DNA from: Octopus vulgaris
Lineage: Eukaryota
DNA: 64,000 bases
Direction of reading: 5' to 3'
Assembly: GCA_951406725.2 (NCBI GenBank)
Contig: OX597821.1
Location: 62,434,001 to 62,498,000, forward strand
The notes beneath the pieces were generated by a model. It was not told the origin of the DNA, did no database searches, and saw only the letters and a list, made by a program, of their open reading frames with translations. Below are positions 12,692 to 23,946 of the stretch, in pieces. The position numbers and the translations under genes are program-made. Positions within the stretch are counted from its first letter, which is position 1. Each line of letters opens with the position of its first letter.

Positions 12692-13072
12692 TTACCACTT
12701 TTACCTGGCTGTTCTATGTAGAACAAATATTACTACATTTAACCCCAGGAAAACATCTTTTCCCGCTGGTTAACGACACACAACTTGTGTCTAATATATT
12801 GCGAGTAACGGAGCGAACCACTCCAATTCCCGCATAGCAAAACCAGTAGACCCACCGGTTTCTAGGTTCCTTCCCATTTGCAGTATTGGAAGTTTGCCTG
12901 CTAGAGGGGGTGGCAGCTTTCCGTCCTTATTCACAATACATAAACAAAGAAGCGCCAATCAGTTGCTGATCAACAAGCTAATGTATATATTAAAAAGCGG
13001 GAAAAGATGTGTTCCTGGGGTTAAAATGTGGTAATATTTGTTCGGCATAGAACAGCCACGTAAACGTGGTAA
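12692..13072. mobile_element. MITE with ~76-bp terminal inverted repeats
   Basis: 12692-12767 (ttaccacttttacctggctgttctatg...aaccccagga..catcttttcccgct) is the reverse complement of 12996-13072 with few mismatches. Confidence 0.85.
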
Positions 13073-13713
13073 AATACATTACCATGGAAAAAAATTGTTT
13101 GATTACTCACAAATAGCAAGAAGGATAGAACACCTAGCACTCCACAGGAATGAGGTAAGTGGGAAACGTAGGTATTCAGAGTTGATGTTTATCCAATGTT
13201 CAACCGCCCTATATAGGTTTCGTAGATGGCACACTAGCTACAGGAATCTGACTATTTTGTTTCCGACGCGTCAGTTTGCCATAAACTGGATTAAGGAGTT
13301 ATTTAAGTAAGCGTTAACAAATGGAGAGCAACAGGTGACTGTTGACTCTAACAAGAGCGATTAGAGTAGATTCGGAAGGGTTTAGTAAAGAATTTGGAAT
13401 ATAGAAAACTAGTGTATAGATGTAGAGATAGACTTAGGAATGCTTAGGAAAAACCTCACAACCGACTTAATTGTGGATATTTTGACATTTGATCAATTTT
13501 TGCAGCTAGTTGCATGAATGATGCATTGTCAGAGCTAAAGTATGTTTTCCAACACACGAACAAACGAAGCCATTTCAATTTATCCTAGCACAATTCTGTC
13601 TCTGGTGGACTATTATGAGTGCTCGCAACTCGATCGAGATCTTCTCCCGAGTACTTTGCTCAATTGTTCGGAAGGAATGGTAGGCTTGACCAGAATATGG
13701 AGTTCAATGCCTA

Positions 13714-14001
13714 TATTCTTTTTTTCTCTAGGCAGAAAGCCCGAAGTTTTTGGCGATGGGCCCAGTCGATTGGATCGACCCCAGTACGCAACTGGTTCTT
13801 AATTTATCGACCCCGAAAGGATGAACTACAAAGTCGACCTCGGCGGAATTTCAACTCGAAACGTAAAGACAGAAGAAATACCTATTTCTTTACTACCCAC
13901 AAGGGGCTAAACACAGAAGGGACAAACAAGGACAGACAAACGGATTAAGTCGATTATATTGACCCCAGTGTGTAACTGGTACTTATTTAATCGACTCCGA
14001 A
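13714..14001 (-). mobile_element. SINE family A, tandem (dimeric) form
   Basis: Two consecutive core units on the minus strand, joined at ...gtaaagaaata|ggtatttc... Confidence 0.85.
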
Positions 14002-14290
14002 GTATACAGAGACTTGCTCATGAGCACTGATGTCAATTACTATGGGCTTTTATCGATGACAGATTTTTACGTAAGCACCCTCCAGAGCCGGTTAGCAGGA
14101 CATGGAGAACTTCCTGGTAAATGTAGAACCTCGCGTTTACTTGTAGTAGCCTCGGGAAACGATTGCTTGAGATTCCTCCTCCCAGGTTTCTAATCATTTG
14201 GATACCGATGGAGTGAGATGATATGAAGTAAGGAAAAACGTTCATGAATAGCCCATTTTTGGTAGAATATCGCTTTTTGGTAGAATATGC

Positions 14291-14752
14291 TGAGGTCGAC
14301 TTTGCCTTTTATTCTTTCCGAGTCGATAAATTAAGTACCAGTTTATTTCTTTATTGCCCACAACGGGCTAAACTTACAGGGGACAAACAAGGACAGACAA
14401 AGGGATTAAATCGATTACATCGACCCCAGTGCACAACTGGTACTGAATTTATCGACCCCGAAAGGATGAATGACAAAGTCGACCTCGGCGGAATTTGAAC
14501 TCAGAACGTAACGGCAGACGAAATACCTATTTCTTTACTACCCACAAGGGGCTACACACAGAGAGGACAAACAAGGACAGACAAATGGATTAAGGCTATT
14601 ATTTCGACTCCAGTGCGTAGCTAGTACTTAATTTATCGACCCCGAAAGGATGGAAGGCAAAGTCGAACTCGGCGGAATTTGAACTCAGAACGTAACGGCA
14701 GGCGAAATACAGCGGTAGCATTTCACCCGGCATGCTAACGTTTCTGTCAGTT
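14291..14752 (-). mobile_element. SINE family A dimer (14343-14752) inserted against an opposite-strand SINE A fragment (14291-14342)
   Basis: Two minus-strand units with the same aaagaaata|ggtatttcgtctgccgttacg junction; plus-strand gaggtcgactttgcc...taaattaagtaccagt at 14291-14342. Confidence 0.85.
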
Positions 14753-15356
14753 GCCTATATTGGCGGCCCCGCTGTTACTCTAGGCGACGGTGATACTAGT
14801 GTTGAGAAAAGCCGCCAACAGCGACAGAAATAAAGACAATGAAGTCTATTTGCTGGGTATTTTTTTGGACGGTTAACACTAGGAGTAATATAATAAATAT
14901 TCTATAAGATATGCATTGCGCTGGCAAAAAGTGAGCAGAGATAACTGGCTGACAAATGAAAAGTTGGTGAAGGCTTAGGTACGTTTAGGGTATATAAGAC
15001 GTAGAGAGAAAACAGAAAGAAAAATGACTTTTAATACAGTATACATGGTAGGAGCAAGCGGTAAGAGTCGAAGTGTGGTAAAATGGCAAACTCTAGTGAT
15101 AAATTATGCAGGGGTACGGAAACACATTTGAAGAAAATAAAATCGAATATTGAGGCGTTAGAACTGAGGTGGTCACGTGGTGAAAGGAAAAACGCAGGAA
15201 GACAAAAAACCTCCAAAACATACAAAAGCACACACTCGTTTGTCAAGAGAAAAAAAACAAGTGGAGATAAAAATATATCAATTATCTGTGTGTGTTTGTG
15301 TGTGCGCGCGTGTATGTGTGTATGTGAGAGGGGTAGATTGGACAATGATAACAATA

Positions 15357-16200
15357 TGAATGCGTTGTGAATATGCCTTGGTATACAGTACTGAGAAGTA
15401 GAGTTGTGTGGGCATGTATCGGAAAATAGGTATTTGTTGGTTTTAATGTGTGGATGTGCTGGTGTACATGAAGTGTTAAGGATGTAAGGTTATGGAAGAG
15501 ATGAGGTGTGTCTGGAGTTTTGGCGGTGTCAGGTGTGAGTAAACGAAAATGATGCGGGTATGAGAAGAACTAAGTAATAGCGTAGGTTGTAGTGAATATG
15601 AATAGGGGATTGAGAGCATCTAGGAGGAGGAGGAAATTGAGATGGTTAAGTGGCACAGAGGAAAGAGTGACCAAAATGGATGGGAGTGGTGAAAGATTTA
15701 TGAAAATGGGACGAGTGGAGAGGTAAGGGAACGATGTTAGAAGAACAGAGACTAATAGAGACCGAAATGCGTCCAGATTTTATTCGCTCTGGAGAAGACT
15801 GTTGGGAAATCCAGGAATGTTATCTACACCGAAGACCGAGATGTTTCGTAGGAATACTCTGCGTCGCGGAAATGTCAAGAGAAAGGCGCTTCGTTGCCAT
15901 GTTGTACTCCCTGAGGCGCTTCGTGAATCAGTCAGCCAGTTGGTGACTTGTATGACTACAGTAGATAACATTGCTGAGGGAAGTTTGGGGTGCATATATT
16001 ATATTAGGCTAAGTAGGTGCAGCGAAAGACATTCCTACTGTGGTAGGAGCGATGGTGGTATCTGGTAAGATTTGTGGTTATAGAAAATAAATGTTAGGTA
16101 TCTTTCCGGGAATAGAAACCAGAAGCTGATATGGGAGTTTGTTTGGATGAAGGGAAGGAGGAGGAAAAACAATGGGGAGGAGACTGAGAAATATGTGTGT
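15357..16200 (-). pseudogene. Penelope-like element remnant (GIY-YIG endonuclease region)
   Basis: The minus strand at ~15970-15850 reads IYCSHTSHQLAD*FTKRLRE...HGNEAPFS*HFRDAEYS, a decayed match to the PLE motif YIGxTxRxLxxRFxEH...PVxxHF. Confidence 0.55.
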
Positions 16201-17107
16201 GAAAGCAAATCAAAGAAGAAACCTTATGATACATAATGTGTATTTATCCGCAAGCACGCAAGTACGCATAAACGCATATGTGTGTGTGCGTACACACACA
16301 CACATACACACACACATATACATATACATATACACATATATACATATACATACCGTGTACATATGTGTTTGTGTGCATGTGTTTGTCTATACATGTGAGT
16401 GTGTTGTTGTGTGTTTGGGTGGGTACGTTTGTTTCTTTGTATTCATTTGATGTGCGTAACTCAAATTAGTTCTGCAAAACTTTTTTATGAATGATGCAAT
16501 CACATATATTGTTTATTATAAGCTATGGGGATAGCAGAAACAGAGAATTGTAGATATAACGTCATTCGGGAATTAACACAAGAACATCTGAATCGTATAC
16601 AGAAATCTGTGGTGTCAGCTATGGGAATTGTTTTCAAGTGTTTTATTGCTTTTGACAGTTGAAAGTAAAATGCTTTTTGTTGCACCATATAAATCAGATT
16701 CTATGATTTCCTAATGAGATTGTTAGGTTATTTTTTTAAATGTATATATTATCAAGAGAAGAGAAACCTATTTGAAATACAGTTGTCTGGCATCAGAAAA
16801 TGGAAGGAATAAAGTATCACACTCATTTCAACGACTGTAGTTCTTGACTCCTGAGAATGTGAAAGGAAGTAATGATGTTATATTCCGTCTTCTGGCGTCA
16901 AAACCTTTTATTTATTTGTCGTTTTAGCAATGCTTATGAATTATGCAGATGAAGCCAATGGTGGTGTTTCTACGTTGTCTTTCTATCTTTTAGAGATAGA
17001 AATTAAATCTCTCTAATTCACTATCCTGGATTTACAAAAGGAAATAAAAAAAAAATGTTGTTTGTAGCCTCTACAGCGAAAAAGGGAATGTATATTTGCA
17101 TATTGAT

Positions 17108-17810
17108 GTGGCTGTGTGGTAAGAAGCTTGCTTCCTAACCACCTAGTTCCGAGTTCAGTCAGACTGCGTGGCACCATGGGCAAGTGTCTTCCATTATAAC
17201 CTCGGGCCGACCAAGGTCTGGTGAGAAAATTTGGTAGAGGGAAACTAAGAGAATCCCGTCGTATATATATATATCACTGTGACCGGCCAAGCTATCAGAT
17301 GTTGCTACACATCGCTGGTTACAATGCGCTTCGCAATGTTTTAGCCTTCAAATGACGCCACCCCGCTGGCTAAGCGAGCAGGCCAACAGAAGAAAGAGTG
17401 AGAGAAAGTTGTGGCGAAAGAGTACAGCAGAGACTGCCACCACCCTCTGCCGTAGCCTCGTGGAGCTTTAGGTGTTTTCGCTCAATAAACACTCACATCG
17501 CCCGGTCTGGAAAACGAAACGGTGATCCTACGACCGCGAGTTCGCTGCCCTAACCACTGGGCCATTGCGCCTCCATATATATATATATATATTTGTGAAT
17601 GTCTGTGTTTTCCCCTACTATCTCTTGACAACCGGTGTTGGTGTGTTTGCGTCTCCGTGATTTAGCGCTTCACCAGAGGGAACCGATAGAGTAAGTAACA
17701 GGCTAAAACAAACTAAATCCTTGGGCTTTGATTTGATCAACTAAAACTCTTCAAGCGGTCCCCCAGCAAGGCTGCATCAGAAACTGACTGAAAAAAGTAA
17801 AGGATAAAAG
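17108..17810 (+). mobile_element. SINE family B with a nested SINE in its internal (TA)n
   Basis: The 5' half 17108-17262 (gtggctgtgtggtaagaagcttgcttcc...) and the 3' half 17595-17810 match 20428-20872. Confidence 0.85.
17275..17575 (-). mobile_element. tRNA-derived SINE family C
   Basis: The minus strand starts tggaggcgcaaTGGCCCAGTGGttagggcagcgaactcgcggtcgtaggatcaccGTTTCGTTTTCC (A box and degenerate B box); flanked by (TA)n on both sides. Confidence 0.75.
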
Positions 17811-17899
17811 ATTTCTATTCTTAAAAGGTGTAGTCATGTTCATCCGCAAAAGATTCTGGGTACTGTAGCGTATATGTTAGGAGAATAAGTTCTCCGTTT

Positions 17900-18240
17900 T
17901 AAGAGAACTGTGTATTCGACGCACATCATTCTAGCAGACCAGTGTTTCGACTTGTGTCTCGTGAGCCAGAAGTAAGCGGAACTGTGCGACTAGCCAAAGT
18001 CACTGGCTCTATTTAAGCTTTCAGCACAGAGAATTGTGTCTGATCGCTTCCTATATCTGCCAAACAATAACAAAATACTCTTGCCCCAGAATGACGCGTG
18101 TGGATGATGCAACAAATGTGTTGAACACATTGTTGACTAAAAGGGAGAAATCCTTTTCCTGTGACTTACACTACAACGACCAGCATATTTTGCGTCCGAG
18201 CGTTCCTAGACGTATTAAGGATAAATATGTAAATATATTA
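17900..18240 (-). pseudogene. Probable Penelope-like 3' remnant ending in a degenerate hammerhead
   Basis: The minus strand gives ILGQEYFVIVWQI*EAI...LNRASD (PLE EN C-terminus ILxxE...KEAIxI...LNRDxG), followed by ttctggcTCACGA-GAC acaa GTC-GAAAC actg GTC-tgctagaa (17929-17971). Confidence 0.45.
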
Positions 18241-18544
18241 AGGATGTATGTAAACAAACGTTCCTAATATCACTGGAAGCAGTGCGAACAACTATTCTTT
18301 TAAAACCTAATTTGCTTGTCTAGAGGAGCTGATGGAGATGTTGGTCAGTGAATCATTATTACTTAACCAAATTCTGCTACCTCTGAGTTTTCTAAAATGA
18401 CTGTATGTATGGTACCGGCATCGTCTTCTACTATAAAAGAACATACGTTCAATATAAATACATATAACTACCCATTTTTACATACATAAATTCACACATA
18501 AAATCCAAGTACTTTACTACAGGCATTTTTAAAAATCATTAGTT

Positions 18545-18730
18545 CAAGATTTCACCTCTGCATCACGGTGGAAGAGAAGTACCCAAATCTCTATCCAGCT
18601 CATCTGAAACTTGTCGCAGGCGATGTAGTCATCCTCAAGCAAAATGCTGTGCTGAAATACTTGCATCAAAGAATGACACTGAAGTTCATCAGTATGCCAG
18701 GTGACTCGTTTATGTCTAGCCGCACAACTT
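18545..18730 (-). pseudogene. Possible non-LTR reverse-transcriptase fragment
   Basis: Minus-strand cacctggcatac/tgatgaactt restores HLAY[A]DEL with a 2-nt indel, followed by AQHFA..LHRLRQVS. Confidence 0.25.
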
Positions 18731-19029
18731 TTCTAGAGCTAATCATGTCATTATTCATTCTTCCCAAATTACCATACACTGCTTTTAATTATTTATAACC
18801 AGTTTTTAATCAATTTTTAACAGAAACCAGTGGAAGTAATTATAATTCATTGGTTTCGCAGCGAAAACGAAATATTGTATTTGGGTGTCCTTATACTACT
18901 ACAATATATTCTGCACATTTCATATACAAGCTTCACACACAGTGGATGGTGTAGGTGGTTTTTCTACCTGTTGAAAATGTCGGCTAAATCTCCTTAAAAA
19001 ATATACTTTAGCGGCGTATTCGTGGAATA

Positions 19030-19870
19030 TGTAATACTAGACTACGAACTTACTTCAGCGAGCAGGATCTGTAGTGCACCTGCTTGCGTACTACCCGTAT
19101 GCAGGTCAACTGGCTCCTCCTCTACCGCACAATCCGTCTTCCTGTAGGTAAATGACATCACCATTTCACCGCACAGCTCTGCTGCCTTCGTTTGTGGTAT
19201 CCACCCTACCTTCACCGTCTGCCGCCGCCAACCGACATCTAGCACGTGTTGGCCACCATACGCAAGATGTCTTCCACAACCCAGAAGCGTTCAGAATGTA
19301 GTGAAAAGTTGCATCTCAAAGACTCAAAACACTCTTGCTTCCGATGAATGGAAGATCAGCCTGGGTTAGAGGAATATCCAGCCGTCTACTCTTCTGTCTG
19401 AGCCTTGTATGTTATCCCATTGCTTTCCACCGTCCACATACTTCCAGAATCGTGAAGAGCATACCGTCGTTCACATGTCACTCGCTCTCACCGTTGAGGC
19501 AGATGGTCGGCTGCATGCACTTGAGTGATACTGTTGCTCCATTGCACCTCATTTATAGATGAAAATCAGACTAGTGGGGAGGTCTGTGTGCCGTTCTACA
19601 GTCGCCAAAAAATCGCTATTTCGCCGTTTCCCGACTTATTGCTGGTGGTTGGCTCTTGTGTATCCATGTGGAATTACTTGCTGCCAACCGCCGAAAAACC
19701 CGAAAGTTTGTCACCGACCTTTGAAGAGACCTATGGAAAACAGAGGAAGATTTACTCTCACAGTTATTACCGATACTCGAAAATGTTCGGATAAGAGAAT
19801 AGAGGTTGCGTTGATTACTTGAACACGGACTGAATTGAAACTTATGCGTAGCGAGTCCCTAGTACTCAGC
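19030..19870 (+). mobile_element. GC-richer island, possibly a decayed Ty3/gypsy gag-protease fragment
   Basis: Fragments QTSGEVCVP, LLAANRRK and FTLTVITD loosely resemble the retropepsin motifs DTGAEVSVIP / LxAAN / FxIAD; many frameshifts. Confidence 0.25.
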
Positions 19871-20427
19871 TCCTCTTAGTGGTTTTGTATATCATTCTCA
19901 TCAAATTTAACATTTCTGTTGAACAAAAGATGGGTAAAAAAAGAAACGTAAGTGAATTGTTTTAAAAAGGCAAGAACATGGATAATAGTATTGATTTGTA
20001 TTGTTCAATTACCTCCCAAATGTAGCATGACATGATGAAGTTAACTAAGCTGCGTTCTGAATAATCAGAACAGAAGGTGTTAGGTATATGTAACTGCGTA
20101 GAGACGCTATGACTTGCACTGTGGATGGAGCACACATTTTGCGTCTACGAAAGGTTGATTGGAATCATGTTGGACGCAAGTGTCTTGTGAGCAAATATTA
20201 GAGAAGTGACTAGGTAAGTATAAAGAGATGCAGGGATATGTGACAGAAGCAGAGAAGAATTAGAATCTGTGATTGTGAAGAAATTGCGAATAAATGATTT
20301 AAGATTAAGCATAGGAAACGCTTAATCCAATGTCTCTGTAATACGCTACCAAGAATCTGAAAAATATATATTCTTGTTAATCTCGGAGGACAAAATCAGC
20401 TATAATGTAGATATCATACACACAATA

Positions 20428-20589
20428 GTGGCTGTGTCGTAAGTAGCTTGCTTACCAACCGCATGGTTCTGGGTTCATTCCCACTGCGCGACACCTTCGG
20501 CAAGTGTCTTCTACTATAACCTCGGGCCGATCAAAGCATTGTGAGTAGATTTGGTAGACAAAAACTGAAAGAAGCCCGTCGCATATAAG

Positions 20590-20661
<72 letters not shown>

Positions 20662-20872
20662 TGTGCCTGTGTTTGTCCCCCCAAGATCGCTTGACTACCG
20701 ATGGATGTGTGTTTACGTCCCCGTAATATAGCAGTTCGGCATAAGAGTCCGACAGAATAAGTACTAGGCTTACAAAGAATAAGTCCTGGGGTCGATTTGC
20801 TTGACTAAAGGCGGTGCTCCAGCATGGTCACAGTCAAATAACTGAAACAGGTAAAAGAGAGTAAAAAGAGAA
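20428..20872 (+). mobile_element. SINE family B, complete reference copy
   Basis: tRNA-like head gtggctgtgtcgtaagtagcttgcttaccaaccgcatggttctgggttcattccc, internal (TA)n(TG)n at 20582-20660, and tail ...ggcggtgctccagcatggtcacagtcaaataactgaaacaggtaaaagag. Confidence 0.9.
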
Positions 20873-20960
20873 AGACGTAGTTAGAAACATATGCAAGAAA
20901 CCTACTTACCTGTCCAACACATGTGCGTGTACATAAATAGCATGTATATATGTACACACA

Positions 20961-21439
20961 TATATCACTAGCGGAGAGATGAGTCGCTGTTATCTGTAGC
21001 GGTAGAGCGGTCATCATCAATCAGAGCAAGGATGGTCAAAATCATGTGTTTCGGTGGTCTCGGTGCTGGCGATTGCAACGTAAAACAAGCCTGCATTTTA
21101 TACCAAAAGCCTATATGAGAATTTCTCTGAAGTTATCTGCCGCACTACAATATGTTGCAATAGAACATCCACGTTTAAGTGAAAATAAATATTACCCCGC
21201 GGTATATTTGCATATTGACGTCACTAATGTATTTTTTTTTAACAAAGTCACTTGCTAATCGCTACACCAGTGTCTGTTCTATTGAATATTTTCTATATAT
21301 CGCCGGCGTGAAGGTGAGTCACTGCTACCTCTGGCGGTCGAGCCTCCATGACTAATGAGAACAAGGAATATCGAAATCACGGGATCTGGTGGGCTTAGTG
21401 GTAGAGTTGGAGGGGATTTATCTCCTCGATAGTGATATA
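20961..21439. mobile_element. MITE-like element with short TIRs and a diverged internal direct repeat
   Basis: tatatcacta (20961-20970) / tagtgatata (21430-21439) form a perfect inverted pair; 20961-21048 is repeated in diverged form at ~21296-21383. Confidence 0.55.
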
Positions 21440-21572
21440 AAACAAGCGTGCGCATTTCGCACTAAAAGCATATATGAAAGTTCCTCTCATGATATGTTTA
21501 TATATATATCTATGTATTTAGTGCGTGTGTGTGTGTTTGTATATATCTTTCACCCGCTCCTGGTAAACGGAT

Positions 21573-21615
<43 letters not shown>

Positions 21616-22729
21616 CGTCTATGCGTACACACTCACTCAAACACAAACACATGACGTTTTAATTATTTTCACTTGTGTAATCCGTAACATTGTAAGAGAA
21701 TTTACAAGTGAGAAAATTCGAAGCGGTTTATATCATACATTTTTTCCTATGTTTCTCTGTCTCTTCCCCTTATTTTTTATATCACGCATTCACACTCAAA
21801 CATCTGACAACAAGAACTGCCTTACAATACTACTACGAGACATTTTTGCCATGATAATTACTATATTCTCACTCTGTTTTATTCGCTTTCTTCAGATATC
21901 ATTGCAGACTTCGACATTCTTCACGTCTCTCAAGGATTCATTATGTTATCTTTACGAGCTAATTCAGAAGCGATTAACATCTGCTGTCGTCCCGCTAATT
22001 ACAATTTCTATAGAAAACAATTTAAAAGTGCTTTTTTTTTTTCTGTTCATCCAAGGCATTTTCTAAAGTATTATCTTTGGAATTGTTGTTCCCATTATTG
22101 CAATAATTTACTTTTTTTCATAGTTGCATTCAATAATCTGTTTGTTATAATTGTGGCTAGACTTGTTGACAGATTACAATAGGTAACCAGATGAATGTAA
22201 GTGTTGCTATCGCGTGAATGCCTTTGTCTTATGCTTATATACAAGCTAATACGCAAATTTCAACATCTGAATTGACTTGTCTACATATATTTGCCACCAG
22301 TGATATAATTCGAGATGGAATTTAATGGCTTCTACAAATGATTAATATATGATACCACCTCCGTAATGGATAACTAAAATAGTTTGGTATCGTATTCTGA
22401 TGTCAGAATTCATCCTTAATAGATGCTGAAACTATGAAAACTGCTGATTATTATGAGTGAGAAAATATTTTATTTGATTTGGAAAGAAAGAATACCAGTA
22501 TGTAAGGTCGTTGACATAGAACCTTACAGATTACACGTGTATAAAAATATAGAAATGTAAACTAACGAATAATTTAAGGAACAAGAATTAAGGTAAATAT
22601 CCCTGTCTCGAGATAGAATACAGCTATCGCAATTCTCTGTTCTAAAGTACAGCTAATTTTTCATTATTCCATTCGCATCTTTAGCCTTAGTAAAAGAGCG
22701 TATTTCCAGTTTTTTATATTCACCAGTGT

Positions 22730-22794
<65 letters not shown>

Positions 22795-22933
22795 TCCTTG
22801 GTACTCTGAGTTTCAAGGGTGTTGCTAGTTTACGGCCATTAGAGTCTGAATCAAACTGTTTTGATCCATACTCGTAATTCCCAATAGATATGTTGAGTGC
22901 CCTTCTTTCGATTTCCGACTCACTTGTGTGTGA

Positions 22934-23002
<69 letters not shown>

Positions 23003-23005
<3 letters not shown>

Positions 23006-23688
23006 TGGATTCTCTCATCGAAGACGATGAATGAGGGTTCAGTAACTAACCTTCAACAATTCCTAAGCCTTGTGACACCGCATGTGTACCTTAAATCCAG
23101 CATATGTCGTGCACACTTTCTCGCAAATGGTACATTTGCATGTATTCGTGGGTTCAAAATGTCTTCTAGAGTAGACAGCTACCCCGCCCCCAGCAAAAAA
23201 GCACACATCGATGCGCCACACCTCAGGTGTTATTGAGTGAAAATGGTTTACTGAACAACCGGCACACTCTCTCCATCGAACAAAGCACACTCTCTCCATC
23301 GAATTAACATGGTCTGTAGAGGTGCACGGTGTGCCACACGTCAGATGATAAAACGAACGCAGGATTTTCTTGTAAGAGTGTTTCGTCTCCTAGATCAGTT
23401 TTGAGAGTCAACACTAAAGGGTCTGATCCACCCTGGTAGGCTTTCTGCGCGCCTGGGCACCATACCCGGTATTTCTAGGTCCTCACACATTTATTGGATG
23501 GCCGTTGACTCCCAAGAGTTCTTCCGCCCTTTGACGGGTTTTGTTTTTCATCCCGCAGGGTGACCGATAAACACCTTCCTCACCAAGCAAGTTTGGTGGG
23601 ATTGCCGGTTTAGTCGCCGACAGCCCGACCATGCAACAGGTTGTACAGGGTTACATGTTACCAGTAGCACACAAAAGTTACCTGACAC
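23003..23688 (-). mobile_element. Internally deleted (bipartite) non-autonomous RTE-like element
   Basis: Minus strand: a structured non-coding 5' part joined to the ORF2 C-terminal zinc finger CTICEKVCTTYAGFKVHMRCHKA*, a short 3' UTR, then a (TA)n tail. Confidence 0.65.
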
Positions 23689-23699
23689 TATATATATAT

Positions 23700-23868
23700 G
23701 CTGAAAAAGACAAAAATTGTCAATTAACCCCGAAATTGGGACCAATACAGTAATAATGGATTTTTTAAGAAATTTCTATCGGCTTGTTTCGAGACACTTA
23801 AATTATAATAGTTATTGACAAGTTTGTCTTTTTCGGCGTATTTGTCATTAGAATGTTTCTTTTGCCCT

Positions 23869-23870
<2 letters not shown>
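23700..23870. repeat. Short element with a partial inverted repeat, embedded in (TA)n
   Basis: gctgaaaaagacaaaaattgtcaat (23700-23724) pairs with attgacaagtttgtctttttcggc (23814-23837). Confidence 0.6.

Positions 23871-23946
<76 letters not shown>

Noticed and set aside
13714-14752. CRISPR-like regularly repeated units
   Set aside because: The repeats are ~175-bp SINE modules without unique spacers; eukaryotic context and no cas genes.
21389-22066. 225-aa ORF with hydrophobic stretches
   Set aside because: Crosses a MITE end and (CA)/(TA) repeats; T-rich composition explains the hydrophobicity; no recognisable motif.
23590-23688. Canonical twister, HDV-like or pistol ribozyme at the mini-RTE 5' end
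   Set aside because: Helices are present, but I could not fit the required conserved junction nucleotides; retained only as an unclassified structured leader.
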